In this document: positions 12,320 through 23,460 of the stretch, one piece after another | How the letters are laid out: the number at the start of each line of letters is the position of its first letter | Position numbering within the stretch: position 1 is the stretch's first letter | DNA from: Lama glama | Taxonomy: Eukaryota | Reading direction: 5' to 3' | NCBI GenBank assembly: GCA_028534125.1 | Contig: CM052818.1 | Coordinates: 40,426,001 to 40,490,000 of the forward strand | DNA: 64,000 nucleotides | Program-made: the position numbers and the translations under genes | The notes under the pieces: model-generated | The model's input: only the letters and a program-made list of their open reading frames with translations | Databases searched by the model: none | What the model was told of the DNA's origin: nothing

Positions 12320-13652
12320 CAAGAGCACAGAAACAAACTTTTATGTATCAAGTTACTAAGACTCTAGGGTTAATTCATTATTGCCACATAACCTAATCTA
12401 ACCTGGTTACTATAAAATTGGGACCCAGAGCGAGGATCAGCTGAGAGACTTCACATATGTGGCACTGGCTTAGATTTCATGGTAGGAAGAAGCCCCTAAG
12501 GTTACTGATATTGGAGGTGGTAAAAAATTATAATCCCTGGCACACAACGCAAAAGCATTTTGTAAAATGATTACCAATAATGATGTGAGAGGCAGATCAT
12601 GAATTTAATGAAATGATGGCTCTAGGAGACAGGTGGGAAACAAGGATGTTAATAGCACGCTAGCAGTGGCAGCATTTGGCAAAGTTCTGTCAGAGAGCAG
12701 CTCAGGAAAGTATTGACCAGTTTAAATGCAGAAACAATGGGAAGAGAACTCAGTCTGCAAACAGGCTAGGACACCCAATGCCCCTTGCTGAGATGGCCAA
12801 GAGGGATAAAAATGGAACAGCAAGACCCTCCCAGAGGGCAGATCCATGGGTCAAAGTGAGCAAAGAACTAAGGGGTGGTCCCTGCAGAGAGCAGAGTCAG
12901 GGCTTAATGAAGGAACATTCTCCTTCTGCAGGTTAGGGGGCCCCAGAGCATTTCATCCCCAGTTAGATTTCAGGCTTGTCAGCTCAGCAGCAGTTATGCG
13001 CCCTCATTCCTCCTCTTCCCACGCAACAGTATTTTTGATGGTAAACCTGCCCCCATTCTATGACTGCATTCTGCCTTTTTAATACATGAGGCTTTGGATC
13101 AAGAGAAGAAATAGCTAAATTGAATGCAGAGACTCCCATCCATGCCCCTGTGTCCTGGATGTTGACCCACTTGTGGTTGAATGAATGACACTTTGGATGT
13201 TCTACTGTGAGAGAAAGGTTAAGTGCTTTCTCCGTGGGAACAAAAGTGAAGCAATCATTTGATGACCAGAAGGGCAGATGTTGCCGACACTGTTGGTATT
13301 GACCAATATTTGGTCCTTTTCTCCTTCCAAGTGCACAGAGCATTGCATTATCCTCTTTTCAGCCAAAGAGGACCACGCGATTGGTTCTGACCAGAGAAGT
13401 ATGCGCAGTGGTAACAACTGTCATTTGTTGGCTGAAGCAGTGAAAAAAAGCCATGTAAATTATCGTCTCTCTTTGTTTCTTCAAAGGCCAAGGGAGGAGC
13501 CTCTGTCCACCTGGGCTCTGGGCTGGTGAGAGTCCTCTGACTAGGGTTGGACATGTCGGGTGAGCAGAGCAACATACCTTTGCTGTTGGAAGCCCGGAGA
13601 TTGCTGGGGTTTTGTTACCACTGAATAAGTTAAAACTGCTTTGACAAGCACA
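12320..13652 (+). mobile_element. Degenerate MaLR (MLT1I/J-like) provirus: 5' LTR remnant 12320-12414, internal 12415-13278, 3' LTR 13279-13652
   Basis: LTR end cataacctaatctaacctggttactata then aaattgggacccagag (MLT1-int start); internal ends gaccagaagggcaga before the TG of a second LTR ending ...gacaagcaca. Confidence 0.7.
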
Positions 13653-14395
13653 GTGACCATTCCACAGAATTTTTACAAAGTATAATCCCTCACCCGACTC
13701 AGGCGAAACTACTCAGTTCCAAATGGATTAAAAACTCTTTTCTTCTTCCTCTGCCTTTCCTTTCAGGTTTGCCAATGGCACCACAAACTACAGAGATTGT
13801 CACTGACTCTGAAGGATGAGTTTTGCTTGTCCAGCTCTCTTCCATTTAACAAATCCAATCTGCTGTGCTCATGTGAAATCAGGAGATGCTGCAGTATGAG
13901 TCATTAGTTTGTAACTGAGAAATATCGAACAGGATTTGCCAAAACCAAGAAAACTGGCTGCCTGAAATATAACTCTTTGGCAGGGACAGAGCAAATACCA
14001 CTGCGATCAGAGTGGACAAGAAAGAATACAGTGTCTCCACTCTCTAACAAGAGAGGGGACATGGATGACAGACAGTGGGACTTCAGAGAACATTGGAGCG
14101 GCTGTTATCAGGGTGGGTGTCTGGGGCACTTGGAATGAAGGAGTGGTCTTAAAAATAAAGGGAATGCAAACCCTAGGACAACTCCATTGCCCATCAGTTG
14201 AGCAATCACTGAGTCAACGTATATTTATTACTTATTATGTGTCAGTATTAACACTATCAACTGACAAAAAAACATGATGTAAAGTCGCAAGGATTTTTTT
14301 CAGTCTGAGTCAGAGATCATTTTCAACCAGAAGACAAATTGTCAGCAAAGACCCCCTTGATTATTTATTCAGAGAACTGCAAATTTCTCAAAAAT

Positions 14396-14397
14396 AG

Positions 14398-14430
<33 letters not shown>

Positions 14431-14469
14431 GAAAGAAAGAGGGAGAGAAAGGAAGGAAGGGAGGAAGGA
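14396..14469 (+). repeat. GA-rich purine simple repeat
   Basis: Unbroken A/G run of mixed gaaa/gaga/ggaa units. Confidence 0.9.
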
Positions 14470-15204
14470 CACTTCCAAACTCAAAGCTCACACAATCTGG
14501 TGATTCTGAAATTTACTTCAAGCACCCATTTATTAAAAAAGAGACAAGGAATCAATCTCCATCCTTGTTCAATGTGTTAACAAAGGTCTGGATTGCTTGA
14601 GTCACTAATCATTCCACTGGCAAAAACTGGTGTGAAAATGTGGTGATTCGGCCAACCAAGCTCTGGTCCTGTGTCCACAACCTAAAAGTAAACTGAAAAG
14701 GAGAGGCTTACGCCATCAAAGTCAATGAACGGACAGACACAGGGGGGCTGTGGGGCTGTTCCCAGTTCTGTACCGTATAGTGGCCCATCCCTTCTGAGAC
14801 CGGGACCTCATCCTAGGAAAACAGATTGCTTTGAATGGCTGCATGCTTGTGGGAGGAAGCCACTGCTGCTTTCTTCCCTGTAAACTCACAGAGCTGACCT
14901 TCACTGACCACCTACCAGGAGCCTGTCTCTGCTCCAGGTAGTAGGGAAGGGTGCCCGCTTCCTCCTGCTCTAAGGAGGAAAGTGGGGAGAAAATATATAA
15001 ACAAGACATCATTTCCAGGGACCATCATAAAATGATGGAGCAGTAAGTTGTCTGCTAGAAAACAACTCCTATTTCCGTGACCACAGCCCGTTGGTTTTAG
15101 CTCCCCCGAGCTGAAGCCAAGCTTCCATCGCTTCTACACTTGCCGGTGGCTTGTATGGCTGGTATTCCCCACTGTATTCTAAGTATTGAAACCTCACTTG
15201 TCAT

Positions 15205-15420
15205 TCATTGCCCAAATCCAGGTCACCTCTTCCATCTCAGTTTCCTTCATCTCCTTAGTTAGAATCCTCAGCCTTTTCCTGCATTCTTCTACCTTTTACA
15301 TTTCTGTTAATTCTCCTAGAATGTGAGGTTCCTTTGGAGAAGGGCCCATGAGCCCTGTTTATACCATGTTTGTGTCCCATGTACAGCAATTAGAGCTCAA
15401 TGAACGACTATTGATTGCAT
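15205..15420 (+). mobile_element. L2 3' fragment
   Basis: ctcctagaatgtgaggttcctttggagaagggcc...gagctcaatgaacg. Confidence 0.65.
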
Positions 15421-16319
15421 TTTCTGTAAAACGAAGATACGATTTTTTTCCTTTGGAGAGAGGAAGGGAGACAAAGGGCTTGGGGTTAGCTCAGGCTCTT
15501 GGGTGAGTTGTAAGGGGTAGGACGAAAGTCGTTATGAGGACATGACAGTCCCACAGGTGGAAGGGGCGCCCTTTCTCCAAGACGAAAGTGGGAATAAAAA
15601 GCAGGAGTTGAGACAGGAAGGGGGGGTGTCGGACCTGAGCCTGGCGACTCCTAAAGAGTCAACAGCAACAACGACAAAGGTGACCATCAAGCGTGTGGCT
15701 CTGGGACACAGTGGGAAGCAGTGGGACTAAATGTTCTCAAAGGCTCCTCCCGTTGGACAGTGTCACATTGTGACAAAACAATGTCATTTCCCTGAGCAAG
15801 TTGCCAAGTTTCTGTTCACTGACAATTTATGCAAAAATATGCTCTTGCGGTAAATGAGCCTGTGGGTCCTGAGATGGGGTCCCAGAATTCTCAGGGTGCT
15901 CAGCTCAAGGGTTGCCCCTCTACCCTCGCTTCTCACCCAGAAGGCAGTCCCTGCTGCCGTGGAGCAGCCCCCGCCCCACCTCACCCCGCGCCCGTGGTGA
16001 GATCTTGGGGATCCATCTTACCCATGTGATTTGCCAGGTCACACATACTTGGCTTTGTCACCACACGTGACTTCTCGTCTTGCTCTGCTCATGATTATTT
16101 ACTGCAGTAAGTTGACCACCCAATATTCTAATTACATGCTTCCATAAACTTAAAAACATTATTCAATGCACTCGTAGGTTCAGGGCTAAGTTTTATGTGC
16201 TATCTGTTTAATCCCCCGTCAGAAGTAAAGGCAGTTTTCTGCGGAGATTCCCATGTAAAGTACATAAGAGGCTGAATGATGTGTGAGAGAGACATAAACA
16301 CAGATAGACCACACAACTT

Positions 16320-16420
16320 CTAATGAAAAAGAATAGATATGAATGTACGACCGAATCACTGTGCTGTGCACCAGAAACTGGCACGATCTTCTAAACCAAC
16401 TGTACTCCAACAAAATAAAC
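16320..16420 (+). mobile_element. Short L1 3' terminus
   Basis: gaatcactgtgctgtgcaccagaaactggcacg...aaccaactgtactccaacaaaataaa. Confidence 0.8.
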
Positions 16421-17499
16421 TGAGACAAGAAAATTAACCCCCAAAGAAAACAAACCTCACACTTTAAATACATATTTAGAAAAAGAGTGGCCCTCCCGAC
16501 GGACCTTGCTCTCCCCAGACGACGTCTTGCTCTGCACCAGGCGATCTCCTGGCATCAGTCGGTGAGACGTGTCCTCCAGATGTGCCCTCCAATGATTACT
16601 CCTTGGTAGGAGCAGAACCCAACTAGCCCACAGATTAGTATTGTATTTCCTACCTAGGAGACACGCTAACACTGAGGAAGTTACAAATGTGGTGCCAGTT
16701 TACCCTCCCCATGGGACCCCTAATACACCAACCCTATGCAAATACATTTTATTTGTCAAGACAGGCAGTGGCCTGGCATGGAAATGATCACTAGCAACAA
16801 AATTCCTTGCTGACTCCAACTCACCCCCACTGAGTAAGTGTTGAACAAATATTTAAAGGCTATTGGTTAAATGGGGAACCAAATTAAGGGTCTATTCAGA
16901 GAACCTGTGGGTCTCAGACTGGCCCTGGATAGAAGTTCGTTTCATTGCAAAAATAAAAGGTCGTGGGTCACCAGCTGTTCCTAGATGCCCTGCTCTTTAC
17001 CTTCCATATGATTATTTCTCTTTGCCCCTTGTCACTTTCTCTAAGTGTCTCTAGATCCCTTTCCCCACTACCCTTCCCTCCACAGTCCTTCTTCAGCTAC
17101 TGAATTCTGACTTGGCAGCAGAGGGTGGGTCACGGTCTCAGAAAGGGAGCCCCGGTGAGGCAGCCTGACTTGTCAGTAGGATGCACGGATTGCAATAAAT
17201 CCAAGTATTTTCATATTCTTTGCATAGTTCAACAGAATAGTAACTGAGTGCTTACATGTGCTAGGCGCTGTTATGACTCGTTGAGAACCATATCCTTGTT
17301 CCTGGACCTGAATTCTAATTTTCTTCTGTTTTCGCAGTTTCATTCAAAAAATACTGATTGTTGCCTCTTCTGTGTTGGGCACTTTACTGATACTTCCTCC
17401 TGGTCCACATTTCACTCCATTTCCAAGGCAGGAGCAACCTCAGTTTCTAGAACAGTTTTATAGAATCAGGTTATTAGAAACTGAATCTATTAATAAAAA

Positions 17500-18063
17500 C
17501 TATTTCAAGTATAAGTGACAGAAGCCAATTCAACCAAGTAAAGCTGAAAAAAAGAAAAAGGCTGGAGGTCGAGGGGAGGATTTCTGGAGTGGATTTCAGA
17601 GCCAAAGGAAATGTGGCAGGAGGCAGGGCAGCTCTGAGAGCCTCCAGACCGGGGACTCTGGACCCTGAGGCCCTTCCTCCTGCTCCCCTCTGACCACTGG
17701 CTACCTTATTTTAGACTCTTTCCGGTGTGAGATGTGTGGCCATCAGAAGTTTCATTCCCACCCTTAGCTCACCTCTAAGAGGAAGGAGACTGTCTCTCTA
17801 AGTGTCAGTGTGACACGTCCCAGGGTAGGACTCTGACGGGGCTGTTTTGGTCACAGGCTCCCCTGAACCGCTGTGACCAGGGAGACGAGAACAGTCACTG
17901 ATCTGCCCTGACTTCTGCGCCCACCCCGGGGCAGCAGAGCCAGGACGCGGGGGCTGACGAAGAGCAGTTACACAACAAAGTGGTTGGGTTTATGGGGGGA
18001 TTACATTCCCACAAAGAAAGGGAAAACGCGCAGTGTAGGCAACAAATAACACGTGTCCGCGCA
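17500..18063 (-). mobile_element. MLT1K-like MaLR LTR
   Basis: aagtgacagaagccaattcaacc; ggactctgacggggctgttttggtcacaggctcccctgaaccgctgtgaccaggg. Confidence 0.6.
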
Positions 18064-18070
18064 CTGATTA

Positions 18071-18533
18071 TGTCAGTTCAGGTCCTCTGTGAAGCAGAAG
18101 CCAATGTAGAAATTGATGTGGGAGAGATTTAGTGGGGAAAACTCTCGTGAAGAAAAAGAGGAGAGGGAACAGGGGGCAGGCAGGGGCTTCTGCAGAGTGG
18201 GATGCTGTTGACACTTTTTAAAGGAGAGAAAAGATGAAGCAGTGTTGAAGAGCCTCAGGTTCCCATCAGCTCTGAACGTGCTGGGCCAGCGATGGGAGCG
18301 CCAGGGCATCTATTGCCCGTTGGAGAAAAGTCCTGTTTTGGGAGGGACGAGCCCATTCTCTGCCCCTGCTGTGTTCAGTGGTTGTCTGGGAGCATCTCCG
18401 GAAGAGTGTGGGGTTGGCAAGGAGGCTATGGTGGATCCTGAGTGTGCGCTTGGCGGTGGCAGCTAATCACAGTCCTCACCGGAAGTCTCCTTTTTGAGGG
18501 AAGTTCGAGTTGTGCGTTTCCATGGCAGCCACA
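18071..18533 (-). mobile_element. ERVL solo LTR, LTR16A-like
   Basis: tgtcagttcaggtcctctgtgaagcaga...gagatttagtggggaaa...tccatggcagccaca; TG...CA ends. Confidence 0.85.
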
Positions 18534-19830
18534 CCGCTGCCCAGGGAGGTTCTGGCCCCCTCCTCAAGGTGAACACTTGATTTGTGCAGGGATGGAGCTG
18601 AGACCTCAAGTCAACATTATACCCTCCTAGTCCCTTGAAATTCCCATGGGGTCTGCTTCTCGTCTGGCCATAGCATTGATGTGCACTAATGAGGCCAAGC
18701 CCTACCCTGGGGAGCCTCTCCTTCCCCAGATGCAAACCTGTTCAAGAAGCCAGAAAGGAAACTGGTCCAGCCAAAGCGGTAGGAACCGTGAGAAGTCTCC
18801 CTCAGCTGGACGGTGACATGTGAACATGTTAAAAAATAAACCATTCTTTAGACTGATGTTACCATAAATCTTGAAATTTTGTCCAGTTAGAACAGACTAT
18901 CCAGAACCATAAAACAGTGACACAAACAACTCAATACTGTTCTGTTTAAAAGCCCTATAGACATATTCTTCCTAAACACAAAATCTCCCATCCAACTTGT
19001 CTCCACCATAGGCTCAGATTTATAAACTTTAAATTACCGACTGGTTAGACAGCAAGAAATACATCAAGAATGACACAGCCACCTGCAGAGCTAAACATTC
19101 TGGTATTTGCTCCTCTGCAAAAACGGGAGCTGGGAGCTGAATTCACACCCATCAATGTGGCAGAGACCCCGCCCTGCCTCTGCCCACCAGCAGGGGCCGG
19201 AAATCACATCCGGCCAGTCCAGGTGTTGACAAGAAGAAATATCATCCTTCGTTTTATTAGTTGGAATCTAAAGTGTGAGAAGAAATGCCTTTGCGGGATC
19301 TAGCCAGTCTCATTCATCTCGAGATACACCTGAGGCCTGGAATTGGTCACGTACATAAATCACAGAATATTGAAGTAGCCCCTGAAAATCAAGCAGTTTA
19401 CCATTTTCCAACCATACCCTTGGGGTGCTTTCAGAGAATCTGCTGCCTTAAGACTGGGGTAAAGATGGAGAAAGTAATCATGATAAAGAGATACAAGAAA
19501 GGTGATGCTCCCCGTGCATGTACAGCAACGCCTCGCTTATTAGGTAGATACACCCATTTATTCAGAAAATTAGTCCTTCCAGACTTCTAAATATTGTTAT
19601 CATAAAAGTCAATCAGGACAATGGCTGCATGTATGGGATACACAGACCCATCTACTTAACACCATTCTGTGCACAATCCAAATTGTCCTGTATTGTCTTG
19701 ATTTCAAGTTCATAGTCAATTATACAATGAAATTTACAGGGAAACTTTTAGGGTAGAGAGTAACTCAGACTGACAGCTGAGTGGCTGGCAGTGAGGCTGG
19801 AGGACAAAGCAAACTTAAAAGCAGACACCA

Positions 19831-20490
19831 TTCAGTGTTTTCATTTTCTTCAGATAAATGCTGCAAAGTAGAATCGCTGGATCAGAGGAGAGTTCTTTTT
19901 TTTTAATTATTGTGAAACTTCCATACTGTTTTCCATAGTTACTGCACCAATTTACATTCCCACCAACAGTACGCAGGGCTCTCCCCTTTCTCTACGTTCT
20001 CACCAAAACTTGTTATTTTTTGTCTTTTTGATAATTGTCCTTCAGCTGTGAGGTGACACTATGGCTTTGACCTGCATTTCCCTGATGATCGGTGACATGG
20101 AGCATCTTTTCAAAAACACAGACTTGAAAAGACATGTGCACCCGCATGTTCATTTCAGCTTTATTTACAGTAGCTGAGATATGGAAGCAACCTGTGTCCA
20201 TTGAGTGATGACTGGATAAAGAAGATGCCGTTTCTATGTACGATGGAATATTGTTTGGTTATAAAAGATGAGTAGCTACAAACTTCTCGTTATAAAATAA
20301 ACAAGTGATGGGGATATAACGTACAGCCTGGGAAGAACAGTCAGTCATACTACAATAATTTTGTATGGAGACAGACAGTAACTAGACTTACTGTGGCAAC
20401 CATTTCAAAATTTATATAAATATCAAGTCACTACGATGTACACCTGAAACTAATATGATGTTGTATGTCAATTATGCTTTAATTAAAAAA
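19831..20490 (+). mobile_element. 5'-inverted L1 (inverted part 19831-20112) with degenerate 14-bp TSD
   Basis: Antisense ORF2-end block (ccatactgttttccatag...ttacattcccaccaacagt) then sense 3' end (gatatggaagcaacc...tgtacacctgaaactaata); TSD 19817-19830/20486-20499. Confidence 0.92.
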
Positions 20491-20617
20491 CACACACTAG
20501 AGCTTAATAGGCAATAAGATCAGAATTTTTTTGTAGAACATGAAGTTCTGAGTGTTTCAATCCTCCTTGGCACTTCTTTTAGTGATGAAATTACTACTGT
20601 GGCTACTACTATTTCTA

Positions 20618-20790
20618 GTAACAATTAATTAGCTGAGGTACTACTATGTGCTCAGTCTTACTCTCTGAACACTTGTCACGTGCTAATCCTCATCATTCTA
20701 AGAAGCAGATATTATTATCCTTATTTTACCAAGGAGTTAAGTGAGCTGCAGTCAGTTTAAGTAACTTTCCCAAGGTTTCAGAATTACTGA
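20618..20790 (-). mobile_element. MIR
   Basis: tactatgtg...taatcctca...tattattatccttattttacc...ttaagtaactttcccaaggt. Confidence 0.8.
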
Positions 20791-20904
20791 AAGACTACAT
20801 TACGTTCAGCTAACTCTACTTCAGTCAAAAACAAATTGTGCCCGTTATTTCATATATATATATCTCCAGTATATTTTGAAATCATGCATAAACTAGCAAG
20901 CTTT

Positions 20905-21030
20905 AGTTTGCTTTAATGAACATTTACTGAGTACATGCTCTGTGTCAGTCACTGAGACAGGTGCCAGAGGTTCACAGATGTCTAAGACTCAGTTCCATTC
21001 CTCTTGAAGCTCATAATCGAGTGGAAGTCC
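20905..21030 (-). mobile_element. L2 3' fragment
   Basis: acatttactgagtacatgctctgtgtcagtcactg...gaagctcataatc. Confidence 0.7.
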
Positions 21031-21604
21031 TCCATAGCAATCCGATTTGCTGATAATGCTAAATTATTCTGAGCGTGTATGTGTGTGCGAGAACACTAAA
21101 TCTAATGTTTAGGGTAATTATCCTAAGGAAAAGTAAACATAATAAACGTGTTTATTTGTATTTTTGTGTCTATATAGGTTAATTCCATCTCACTTTCATA
21201 TGGTGCCCTATATTTTATATGGTACTCATATAAAACTATGAGGAAACAAGACTGGGAAGAAATGGGAAGAAATTGGATAGGAAGAAACTTAAAGAAGGTC
21301 CTCCAGCCCCACCACTGAAAAGACATGAGGAAAGGGAAAGGCTAACACTCAGTACACGTCTGGCACAACTAGCGTGCGTGGCCTGGCCTGGCACGTGAGT
21401 TCTAGCAGGTCCTCCTTCTGGGGGGGTGGTTCTACCACGGAGTAAAGGGCAGGGGAAAAGGTAAGAGCCCACATGAGATGGAAGAAGGGGAGGAGTGATT
21501 TCCCCTTTCAGGTTATGTGAAGGCCACTTGCACATGCGGAACCTGCACCGTTGGCAAGAGAGGAGCATTCTATCCCAGCGCAGCCGTATCTCAGAGGGCT
21601 GGAA

Positions 21605-22973
21605 CAGGGGTTGCTATCTGAGTCCACAGCTCTCTCCAAGGGTTCAATGGGCAGAATTCAGTGCATTCCTTGAACTTGAGAAAACATTTCTTTTCAATAA
21701 GTTTAACTGAAATTTAGCATTTCGTTTCATTATAAATGTAGACAATAAGCCCCAGGAGTATTGGCTGTAATTGTGGTTTTCACCAATAAAAATCAGATAT
21801 TGCCCTAGTGCATGACAGTTATTACAGATATTTCAGAATTCTTTTAAACTATGTTAGTTATTAAACCTAAATGTAGATCACATGTGATCACACTCTTCTC
21901 GTGTAATGTCACCAGTTGACTTCCAGGCAACCCGAAGCCAGGTGTCATCAGCCACCAACTACTGGTTACCCAGACATCTGCAATACATTCTCTCTACAAT
22001 TATTTGTTGATCAACATGTGGAAAGGGATGAGTCATTTTCATTATGTGTTACGGAACAGTTTCTGATATAAATCGTATCAGAGATGTTGATCTAGCCAAA
22101 TATGAGCTCATTGATCGCAAACCTAAAATCGCAAAACATTGGAGTGTAACTCAAAAAAATCCATGGAGATTTCTGGTATTCCTTGAAAGACTATCTTGGC
22201 CTTGCAATACTATCTATGGGAGCTTTTATTCAAAATACCACAATATATCTTTGTGAATTGGGATTTCTACACTTGTAACCATCAAAAACAAAAAATCAAC
22301 ATTGACTAACTGCCCAACATGACCTGTGTGTTGCCTTGACAAAGACCACCCCACAGTTCAATATCCTTATTCAAGGCAAAAAACAATGGCCAACCTTCAT
22401 ATTGGTGTATGTGTGAAAAATAAAATCCACTTCTAATTTACTTAAATTTTAAATGTGTTGTTTTGCTCTTTAAATGTTAGTAACAATGCCATATTTTAAT
22501 TTTTAAAGTTTAAAAAATTGATTTATATATATATATATTTTATTGAAGTATAGTCAGTTTACAATATTGTGTCAATTTCTGGTGTACAGTACACTACTTC
22601 AGTCACATAGGAACATACATACATTCATTTTCATATTCTTTTTCACCATTAGTTACTACAAGATATTGAATATAGTTCCCTGTGCTTTACAGTATAAACT
22701 TGTTTATTGGATTTTGTGAGAATCCTCTTATATTTTGAAATGAGAGACACTCTGCCAGAGTTTAGTAGGTGTTCTGCGTGATTCAGTGGGTTTGTAGATG
22801 TAATTCTTGGTGTATTTGTGGGAGAGGGCGAGCTGTGATTCTCTCTATGCCTCCATCTTGGCTCAACTCTCTAAAGTTTAAAAAATATCAAAAATATTTT
22901 CTTCTAAAAGGTATTTACAGGATTCACCAGGCTGCCAAAGTATTCATTGCACAAGAAAAGTTAATAATCCCTG
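21605..22973 (+). mobile_element. hAT-Charlie DNA transposon (Charlie4-like), internally deleted, with transposase C-terminal remnant
   Basis: Ends caggggttgctatc / gttaataatccctg; 22168-22266 translates DFWYSLKDYLGLAILSMGAFIQNTTIYLCELGF, followed by frameshifted TLVTIK...HDLCVALTKTTP (hAT dimerisation domain). Confidence 0.85.
22519..22871 (-). mobile_element. Bipartite mini-L1: L1 5'UTR start (22708-22871) fused to L1 3' end (22519-22707)
   Basis: Perfect 15-bp TSD taaagtttaaaaaat (22504-22518, 22872-22886); sense begins GAGAGTTGAGCCAAGATGG and ends CTATACTTCAATAAA plus an (AT)n tail. Confidence 0.88.
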
Positions 22974-23091
22974 GGCTAAGTAATTTTACAGTGATGAGGA
23001 AGCCAGGAGACATGGAAGATCAACATGGAGTAGTCAGATATTCTTGAGATACACCATGGGAATGGCTGATTTACTGTTAACTTTCATCTAA

Positions 23092-23460
23092 CTGTATGAG
23101 TGAAATGTCAGCTGCTATAACAAATAGCCCACAAATTTCAGTGACTTGGAGCAATCCGTTTGTTTCTTGGATGTAACAGTACTGGAAAGAGTAGAAATGT
23201 CAGCATGGAAACCCTTCCCCATGAAGTATGCTAACGATTCAGGATGACAGAGCGTCTGCCACTTTAACACATGACCTCTGAGTTTTCCATGATATTGACT
23301 CAGCCAACTGGAAGAGGTAAAGACCATGGAGAAGTACAAATGGAAGGTTTTTATGAGCATATTACTTCTACTCCTAGGCCAGGACTCAGCACGTGGCCAC
23401 ACAGATCTGCAAGAGAGCAGAGGAAGTACGTCTGCTGAATATCTAGCCAGTCTCTGCCAC
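23092..23460 (-). mobile_element. MLT1J-like MaLR LTR
   Basis: gctgctataacaaatagcccacaaatttcagtgactt...ggccaggactcagcacgtggccacac...cagtctctgccac. Confidence 0.75.

Noticed and set aside
19187..19200. CTCF-like CCAGCAGGGGCCGG
   Set aside because: Mismatch at a core G; weaker than the site at 34455
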